A DNA stretch of 64,000 bases, from the IMG/VR virus record IMGVR_UViG_3300018049_001835. One strand, 5' to 3'. Within the stretch, counting starts at the first letter, position 1, and every line of letters begins with the position of its first letter. The DNA comes from an uncultured virus (IMG/VR IMGVR_UViG_3300018049_001835) (Duplodnaviria > Heunggongvirae > Uroviricota > Caudoviricetes). Under the pieces are notes generated by a model. It saw only the letters and a list, made by a program, of their open reading frames with translations. It did not search any database and was not told where the DNA came from. Shown piece by piece: positions 57,516 to 64,000 of the stretch. A program made the translations under genes and the position numbers.

Positions 57516-59083
57516 TTTTTACCACCCTTCATGTTTGCACACCAGTGATACATCTTACCTCGTTCACCACTATACTTTTTTGCTTTTTTACGTAAACTAG
57601 TTACACTTCCGCTACAACTAGCACCTGCCTTTTTGACTCTGCCTGGGCGACTCTTGCCTTTCACTTTACCGTCTGCAAAGTTTTCTGCAAGTTCGGCAAC
57701 TTCATCTGGTACTTCAAATTGCCATACAGTTGCTTTACCGTCTTTTGCCATCATTGCTGTAAGTCTTGTGTTTCCGCCAATTAATTCTTTATAACCGTCG
57801 CTGTAAACAGCAACAATAGGCATTTCAACTGAACCTTTTTCTAATTGTGCTAACGCTCTTTTTTGTTTGTTTTTATCTAAACTTTTAAATGAATTAATAT
57901 CTGCGGCATCTGTATTGTTGATATCACTTGCATCTGTAATAGTTATTTCTTTACCCTTTTTTGCAAGTTCTATCCATGCTTGTTTTCCAATCTTGCGAAA
58001 CTCAGGATAACGCTCTGCTTCGTCCCATTCTACATCTAGTTGTGGTTTTACAAAGTTTTCTGCTATCATTTCTTCTAATGAAGTGTCAATCATCCTAACA
58101 GTTGCAAATTCTTCGCCCATAAGTCTTAGTGCATCAAATCTATGATGTCCGTTTACTATACGTCCTTTAGGATCAATAGTTAATGGACTATAGTTACCGT
58201 CTTTAACCTTACTTAGTTGTTTTTCTAACTTACGTAAATCTCTGTTTCTTTGTACACTTTTAAGTTTACTAACTTTAATTTTACCTAGTTTGCCTTGATT
58301 CTTTATTTGTGGAGGTGCTTCACCACCTGTAGGCTCATCATCAAAATGTGCATCTTGATAACCAGACGCATCTTGAACATCGTATCCTATACGTGCAAGT
58401 TGCTTCATTAGATACTTCGTTTCTTTTTCGCCAGCATACGGTGCAATAACAACATCAGGTTCGTCTACATTAGAACCTGCTGGCATTGACTTTAGATTTG
58501 CTAAATTTGTACCAATTTTATAGTGATCATATGCTGTGTCAGACTTTGCTAAGAATGTGTTCTTAGGGTTAGGTATTGCTTTTCCTTCGCTGTACTTTGC
58601 TTTACGCTTTGCAATGGTTTTCTTACGCTTCATTTGCGGAGTTTCTAATGCTGCAATTACTTCGTTATAACCTTTAAGCATACTCATAAAGGCATCATAG
58701 CCTGTACCACTTAGAACTTTTTCTACACCGTCTGCATTGTAATCTAAGTTATCAATAAAACCTTCTAGTCTTTGTTTTAATCTATTTTTAAGACCATTTA
58801 GTGTATATACACCTACGCCTTTAACCCATACTTCTAAGTTATCTGGGTCAAAGTCTTTAACATCATGTATGTCAGCATACTTGCCTTCGGCAAGTCCTAA
58901 ATTAAATAGTACATTAGTTGACTTACCTTTTACTTTACTACTAAGTGTAGGAGGATTGCCACCCTTGTCAACCTTGTTACCAAACTTTCCTGCTTCTTTA
59001 GGTATTTGATTTACATCCACATCTACTGTAGTGTTTACACCTTTTACAATTCTACCATCTTCTGCAAGTTCTTTAAACTTCAT
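57512..59083 (-). CDS. multi-module protein with two ParB/Sulfiredoxin-like domains
   Basis: Start MKFKELAE; PLTID..GRIVNGHHRFDA and MPIVA..ELIGGNTRL; modules split by LAE/YSE/IAE. Confidence 0.65.
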   Translation of the reverse strand: MKFKELAEDGRIVKGVNTTVDVDVNQIPKEAGKFGNKVDKGGNPPTLSSKVKGKSTNVLFNLGLAEGKYADIHDVKDFDPDNLEVWVKGVGVYTLNGLKNRLKQRLEGFIDNLDYNADGVEKVLSGTGYDAFMSMLKGYNEVIAALETPQMKRKKTIAKRKAKYSEGKAIPNPKNTFLAKSDTAYDHYKIGTNLANLKSMPAGSNVDEPDVVIAPYAGEKETKYLMKQLARIGYDVQDASGYQDAHFDDEPTGGEAPPQIKNQGKLGKIKVSKLKSVQRNRDLRKLEKQLSKVKDGNYSPLTIDPKGRIVNGHHRFDALRLMGEEFATVRMIDTSLEEMIAENFVKPQLDVEWDEAERYPEFRKIGKQAWIELAKKGKEITITDASDINNTDAADINSFKSLDKNKQKRALAQLEKGSVEMPIVAVYSDGYKELIGGNTRLTAMMAKDGKATVWQFEVPDEVAELAENFADGKVKGKSRPGRVKKAGASCSGSVTSLRKKAKKYSGERGKMYHWCANMKGGKK

Positions 59084-59295
59084 TTCTTGCGTCCTCTGAA
59101 TTGTACTGGTCCAGTCATGTACGGTTTTGAAAACCATAACTTAAACCATTCTGCATCACCAGGTTTTACACCTAGTTTCTTTTCTTTCTTTTTTAGTTCT
59201 GCGGCTGTGATAGATGGATTTTCATCTATCTTGTATTCTGAGTAGCCTTTGAATTCGTTTATGCCTGCTAACTTTTTGAGAACTTCGATGTCCAT
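59080..59295 (-). CDS. small protein
   Basis: MDIEVLKKLAGINE; KPGDAEWFKLWFS. Confidence 0.65.
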   Translation of the reverse strand: MDIEVLKKLAGINEFKGYSEYKIDENPSITAAELKKKEKKLGVKPGDAEWFKLWFSKPYMTGPVQFRGRKK

Positions 59296-60347
59296 GCGTC
59301 TTTATCTCCTTTAGCGGCTGCCTTTCTTCTAGCGGCTATTTTATCTTTAACAGAATCTTCTTCTGGTGGTCTTTTCTTTGTTACAGTTGTACGTTTAGGT
59401 GTCTTTGTAACAAAACCTAGTATTTCATTTATATCTTCATCAGTAATAGTATATGCTCTATCACCTCTAGTTTTAATTTCTTTACCTACAAGCATTTTAA
59501 GAACACGTGATAGTTTATCTATATCTTCTTCTTTTTCAATAGCGTCTTGTATCATTTTAGTAAGAAATGATCTTAATGATGCTTTATTAACAACTAAATC
59601 ACCTTCGTCTATATCTTTACCTTTAGCACGTTGATCGTCGACCCAGTCTTCATATTCTCGAGCACTTTGTACTTTGTCTGAATCTGGATCATAACCCATT
59701 GCTATAAGTTCTTCTGAGCTTTTGTTAGGTTTTTCAGGACGTATGCCTTCTGTTGCTGGCTCTTTATCTTTGATACCCATACCGTTACGCACAGCATCGT
59801 ACATTGTTTGTGCTAGTTTAGGATCTGGTACACCTTGTGTAAATGCTTCTAGATTACCCTCAGCGGCAGCAAGTCTCATCTTGCTTGCACTCATTCCTTC
59901 GGCACCTTCTGCATCTGGGTCACATGCTCCTGCACTTACAACTTTCAGTGTGTTAAATTCAAATGGTATTTTGCCTGATTTATCTGGCTTGCCATTGTAT
60001 GTATCGAACATAGTTTGGAAGCCTTCTACTCTGTCGCTACCTGCAACAAATATAAGATCAGTATATCCTAAACCTTGGAGCATTTCTAATGCTTGCACTG
60101 GTGTACGAACACTTTGGTGCCCTACATTAATACCAGGAAAAAACTTTTTGGCAAACTTTAATTTAGTAGCAAAATCTAATGGATCTGTTTTTGGCTTTTG
60201 TGTTTGCGACAAGAACAAATAATGATCGCCGTCGTGCTTTTTTATTTGATCCACAAGTTTGCTATGACCAATTGTTGGAGGATTAAGTCGACCAAAAGCA
60301 AGAACTGCCTTTTTTGCTGGTGCTTCAAACAGTTCTCGGAGAAACAT
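59268..60347 (-). CDS. HIGH-motif nucleotidyltransferase (phage cytidyltransferase-like) with C-terminal modules
   Basis: FGRLNPPTIGH, VAGSDR, MSASKMR; N-terminal MFLRELFE. Confidence 0.75.
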   Translation of the reverse strand: MFLRELFEAPAKKAVLAFGRLNPPTIGHSKLVDQIKKHDGDHYLFLSQTQKPKTDPLDFATKLKFAKKFFPGINVGHQSVRTPVQALEMLQGLGYTDLIFVAGSDRVEGFQTMFDTYNGKPDKSGKIPFEFNTLKVVSAGACDPDAEGAEGMSASKMRLAAAEGNLEAFTQGVPDPKLAQTMYDAVRNGMGIKDKEPATEGIRPEKPNKSSEELIAMGYDPDSDKVQSAREYEDWVDDQRAKGKDIDEGDLVVNKASLRSFLTKMIQDAIEKEEDIDKLSRVLKMLVGKEIKTRGDRAYTITDEDINEILGFVTKTPKRTTVTKKRPPEEDSVKDKIAARRKAAAKGDKDAWTSKFSKS

Positions 60348-60676
60348 TAGTATTCCCCTTCTTCTATGTTCTTAATTTCCTCAGACTTAATACGTTCGAT
60401 AATTGACTCTTGATCTACATCAGTAAACACACTTTGTGGAGGATCTAAATCATACTTTTTACAGTATGATTCCATTGCTGATTTTACTAAAGGCAAAAGA
60501 GCTTCATTAAAATTAATATCTTCACCAGCTCTAAACTTATCTGAAAGTAATGACATTACAGGATAGTATTCTTTTCTGTAAAACATGGGGTCGTTTTTCA
60601 TATAACATTGGCAATCTTGTGCAACGTCATATGGTAAAGTAAATTCGTCTTTTTTATCTAGTTCAAAAAGTTTCAT
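60347..60676 (-). CDS. hypothetical protein
   Basis: Start MKLFEL (ATG 60676) just after the upstream stop. Confidence 0.6.
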   Translation of the reverse strand: MKLFELDKKDEFTLPYDVAQDCQCYMKNDPMFYRKEYYPVMSLLSDKFRAGEDINFNEALLPLVKSAMESYCKKYDLDPPQSVFTDVDQESIIERIKSEEIKNIEEGEY

Positions 60677-60677
60677 A

Positions 60678-61241
60678 TTACCACTTCCTACATGACCAGT
60701 AACGTGCCTTAGTTCTTGGACCCGGGTTATCACAGTTGTGTCTAGCACGGAATGAACGTCTACGTGCTGGATTTGACTTTTTAATCTTCATGTTAGGATC
60801 GCCAAAATTAACTTTCTTTACATTCTTGGTCTTTGGGTCCTTAACATATACTTTGAACTTCTTAACATCACCACGCATTGGCTTGCCTAGCGGAACCTTA
60901 CGTCCTTGATATTCTGCTTCGTCAATAATATCGTCATCATTATACCACATAACGCCATATTCTTCAAAAAAGTCATCACCGTCATATGTTTCTTCTGTAA
61001 CAACAGCATCACCATCAGTAGATATTTCAATATCAAAATCTTCATACCCTTCACTGAACATAAGATTTGCTAGTCTATTAGCATACTCGTCTGCTTCATC
61101 TTCTTCTAGCAATCTTGGTAAGGGAATTTCAATTACTGTAGCACCTTGCTCACTTTCGTATATCTCTTGACTAGGAAAAATAGACTCGTCTAATCTATTA
61201 ACTTCTTGTTTTTCCATTACTATTCTTACAAAATGTTCCAT
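60678..61241 (-). CDS. acidic N-terminal / basic C-terminal protein
   Basis: Acidic part ends IIDE, then AEYQGRKV..KKVNFG..SFRARHNC..YWSCRKW. Confidence 0.7.
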   Translation of the reverse strand: MEHFVRIVMEKQEVNRLDESIFPSQEIYESEQGATVIEIPLPRLLEEDEADEYANRLANLMFSEGYEDFDIEISTDGDAVVTEETYDGDDFFEEYGVMWYNDDDIIDEAEYQGRKVPLGKPMRGDVKKFKVYVKDPKTKNVKKVNFGDPNMKIKKSNPARRRSFRARHNCDNPGPRTKARYWSCRKW

Positions 61242-61250
61242 GTTGTTACC

Positions 61251-61616
61251 TTAATGATTTAAATTAATACTATTTACAGTGCCATCAGTCCAATTACTAA
61301 CATAAGCTCTTACCCAAACATAGTTGCCTGTAAAGTTATATATGTGTGAGCCTGTATTATAAACACCGCTATCGTCGGTGCTAGTAAGTTCTGTATTTGA
61401 AATAGTAAACCAATCATCTGCGCCAGGATCAACAGCAAGTGTACCCTGCATTTGTATAGTTCCTTGGAACCCGCTCACTGTATATTGTACAGTGTGAAGA
61501 CCATCACTACGACTATAGTAACCGTCCCCTTTATATTTGTCACCAGTATGGGTCTGTACGCTACTATCCCCTACGTGTGTTTGTGTTGATAAAATTGTTT
61601 CACTATTGCTCGGCAT
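61251..61616 (-). CDS. hypothetical beta-rich (structural?) protein
   Basis: 121 aa; GATAAATA 5 nt upstream of the ATG. Confidence 0.65.
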   Translation of the reverse strand: MPSNSETILSTQTHVGDSSVQTHTGDKYKGDGYYSRSDGLHTVQYTVSGFQGTIQMQGTLAVDPGADDWFTISNTELTSTDDSGVYNTGSHIYNFTGNYVWVRAYVSNWTDGTVNSINLNH

Positions 61617-61620
61617 ATAG

Positions 61621-62289
61621 TTATTTATCTATATTTTGCGTACTGATAACTCTTTGGACAGATTGGAAATTATGTCCAACAAGTAGACTGATAAGTTGTA
61701 AAACTTTTTCATCTCTAACATACATATACAAGTTGGGGGCAAATCCCTTTTTTACTTCTTCTAACGCTATTCTACCAATTTTTACTTTGTCCGAGTTGCG
61801 TGTAATCCAATTATGAAAGTTCTCATCTATAGTTCTTGCATTAAAATAAACTTTATATTCGTAATCAAACGGTCCGTTGACTAATAAAACATTTTTTTCA
61901 AGCAAGTTTAAGTGCTTTAAATTTGGTTGCCATAGTTCGTCTATCGTGATTTTACTACAAACATTATTAATAACACTATTACTGTTAGTATATAAGCACA
62001 TATCATTGCGCTCTATACGTAGTTTATACTCGTCGTGATCAAAATGCGAAAATAGGTTTAGTAAGATTTTTGCATCATCAAAATGCCTACGGTCAATATA
62101 ACTTGTCCTATTAAACCCCCAAGTTTTAACAATTTGATGCTTATCGTCTACCATTTGCTGTAGTAGATCTATTTCTTTGCGAGCATAATTTAGATTTTTA
62201 TCTCTAAAAATAACAGCAAGCTGGTTGTGTATTACCAGCTTGTACAGGTACTTGTTATAGAAAAGTTTTTTAGTTTCAAAGTTCAACAA
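61621..62289 (-). CDS. hypothetical protein
   Basis: 222 aa ORF. Confidence 0.6.
   Translation of the reverse strand: MLNFETKKLFYNKYLYKLVIHNQLAVIFRDKNLNYARKEIDLLQQMVDDKHQIVKTWGFNRTSYIDRRHFDDAKILLNLFSHFDHDEYKLRIERNDMCLYTNSNSVINNVCSKITIDELWQPNLKHLNLLEKNVLLVNGPFDYEYKVYFNARTIDENFHNWITRNSDKVKIGRIALEEVKKGFAPNLYMYVRDEKVLQLISLLVGHNFQSVQRVISTQNIDK
61622..61629 (-). promoter_or_regulatory. late-promoter-like motif GATAAATA
   Basis: Heads the 61.6-55.6 kb gene run; ATG 5 nt downstream. Confidence 0.55.
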
Positions 62290-64000
62290 GTGATTCCCCT
62301 AAACTTTCCAAGTATAGGCTTTCATCATCTTCGTTGAATTTAATTGTTACACTACCGCCAGATTTTAAATTACCAAAGAGTAATTCTTTTGATAGTGGAC
62401 GTTTGATTTCATTATCAATTACTCTTGCTAACGGTCTTGCACCCATTTTAGGATCGAAACCTTTATCTACAAGATAGTCTAATGCTTCAGAATCAACTTC
62501 GATCTTGACTCCTTTATCTTTTACCATGTCTTTAAGTTCAACTAAGAACTTACCAACTATCTTCAACATAATTTCTTTAGAAAGTTTCTTGAATATAATA
62601 GTTGCATCAAGTCTGTTACGGAATTCTGGAGCAAAGAATTTCTTAAGTGCTTTATCTTCATATTCTAATTCAAACTCGTCGTTGAATCCAATTAGATTTT
62701 TCTCTGCATCACTTGCACCTAGGTTAGTTGTAAGGATAAGAACACAATTACGTGCATCTGCTTCTTTACTGTTACTACCTGTAACTTTACCATTATCCAT
62801 TAACTGTAGTAATATTTGTGAAACATCTGGGTGTGCCTTTTCGATTTCATCTAACAGTAACACACAGTTTGGATTTTCTTGTAGTTTTGTAATTAACTGG
62901 CCAGCATCTTCTTCGTAACCTACATAACCTGGAGGCGACCCAATTAGTTTAGCAACACTGTGCTTCTCTTGATATTCACTCATATCAAAACGGACTAGTT
63001 TTACACCTAGTTGTTCTGCTAGTTGCTTGGCTGTTTCTGTTTTACCTGTACCGGTTGGCCCCATAAAGATAAAACTACCAATTGGCTTATCGTCAGGTTT
63101 AAGACCTGCTTGTGCAACAAGAATTTTATCAACAATTTTATCAATTGCTTCGTCTTGTCCATACACCGCTTTTTTCATGTTGGTTTCTAGATGTGCTAGA
63201 TTACTTGTTTCTTTCTCTGCAATATTTTCAACAGGCATGTTAATCATCTTAGCAAGTTCAAATTGAATTTCTTCCTCTGTTACTAGTTTTTCAACTTCAG
63301 GATCTTTCAAATTAAATCTACTACATGCTACATCAATTAAGTCAATAGCCTTATCAGGAAGTTTTTTATCTGTTTGATACTTTACACTTAATTTTACAGC
63401 AGCTTCAATTGCTTGCTCTGTGATTTGTGTTTTGTGATAGTCCTCATAGTACTTTTTAATACCACGTAGAATATCTTTTGCTACTTCTGCATTTGGCTCG
63501 TCAACTGTAACACGTTGGAAACGGCGCATCAATGCACGATCTTTTTCAAAGCTCTTACGGAATTCTTCCCAAGTAGTTGAAGCAACAACTTTTAAGTTAC
63601 CTTTTGCAAGTGCTGGCTTTAACATATTAGCCAAATCGTTTGATTTGTCTTGCCCGCCTGCTCCTGCTCCGCTCATCATATGAGCTTCGTCGATAAACAT
63701 TACAGTTTTGCCTTTTTTCTGTAGTCCTTTGATGACTAACTTTAGACGTTCTTCAAAGTCTCCACGATATTTAGAGCCAGCGAGCATAGCACCAATATCT
63801 AGATTGTATACTTCATACTCTTTTAGGAATTCTGGTACATCGTCATTTACAATTTTAAATGCTAGACCTTCTGCAATAGCGGTTTTACCAACACCTGGAT
63901 CACCAACTAAAAGTACATTATTTTTTTGACGGCGTCCTAGTGCAAGAGCAATAGCATCTAGTTCTTCTGAACGTCCGATAATAGGATCTACACGTTGTTT
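62276..64000 (-). CDS. clpA: ClpA/ClpB-family double AAA+ chaperone (5' truncated by window)
   Basis: Frame open to the window end: DPIIGR..KNNVLLVGDPGVGKT, FIDEAH, DKKLPDKAIDL, GPTGTGKT, GSPPGYVG, LLDEIEKAH, GARPL; no long M domain. Confidence 0.88.
   Translation of the reverse strand, partial: KQRVDPIIGRSEELDAIALALGRRQKNNVLLVGDPGVGKTAIAEGLAFKIVNDDVPEFLKEYEVYNLDIGAMLAGSKYRGDFEERLKLVIKGLQKKGKTVMFIDEAHMMSGAGAGGQDKSNDLANMLKPALAKGNLKVVASTTWEEFRKSFEKDRALMRRFQRVTVDEPNAEVAKDILRGIKKYYEDYHKTQITEQAIEAAVKLSVKYQTDKKLPDKAIDLIDVACSRFNLKDPEVEKLVTEEEIQFELAKMINMPVENIAEKETSNLAHLETNMKKAVYGQDEAIDKIVDKILVAQAGLKPDDKPIGSFIFMGPTGTGKTETAKQLAEQLGVKLVRFDMSEYQEKHSVAKLIGSPPGYVGYEEDAGQLITKLQENPNCVLLLDEIEKAHPDVSQILLQLMDNGKVTGSNSKEADARNCVLILTTNLGASDAEKNLIGFNDEFELEYEDKALKKFFAPEFRNRLDATIIFKKLSKEIMLKIVGKFLVELKDMVKDKGVKIEVDSEALDYLVDKGFDPKMGARPLARVIDNEIKRPLSKELLFGNLKSGGSVTIKFNEDDESLYLESLGESLVEL

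Noticed and set aside
530..63929. Many 60-170 aa antisense or alternate-frame ORFs in the track
   Set aside because: Nested in well-supported genes, with no SD or motif; expected shadows
1..64000. tRNA genes, CRISPR arrays, DGR, alternative genetic code
   Set aside because: Intergenic gaps are short with no cloverleaf or repeat-spacer pattern seen by eye; no reverse transcriptase; genes read intact under the standard code

Overview
AT-rich, gene-dense segment of a large T4-like or jumbo dsDNA tailed phage genome (standard genetic code; no tRNA, rRNA, CRISPR or integrase seen). It has four blocks. (1) 1-34.2 kb: a ~32 kb tailoring-enzyme island bracketed by two tail-fibre-like genes. It encodes about 7 glycosyltransferase-like proteins, a GDP-mannose-3,5-epimerase-like enzyme, a short UDP-glucose dehydrogenase, 6 radical SAM/SPASM proteins, 7 genes (8 domains) of Asp/Asn-beta-hydroxylase-like 2OG-Fe(II) oxygenases, methyltransferases, a flavin halogenase, a kinase, a CX5R phosphatase, a truncated adenylation enzyme and two beta-propeller paralogs. 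(2) 34.3-41.8 kb: conserved hypotheticals, an AAA ATPase/VWA-metallopeptidase pair, RNase H/5'-3' exonuclease and an MBD4-like glycosylase. (3) 41.9-55.5 kb: a 7-deazaguanine DNA-modification locus (QueE, FolE, DpdL-like T-fold protein, TGT/DpdA-like) that also holds a GT-B glycosyltransferase, a phosphoribosyltransferase and a HIT hydrolase, next to the sliding clamp and family-B DNA polymerase. (4) 55.6-64 kb: modular basic proteins punctuated by (L/I/V)xE motifs (candidate protease-processed head cargo), then a ClpA-like ATPase. Several perfect TTGACA-17-TATAAT promoters and a recurring G(A/T)TAAATA late-promoter-like motif are visible. Several copies of that motif sit inside or next to hairpins that occlude the downstream ribosome-binding site. 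All family assignments come from motifs read by eye; no database searches were run.
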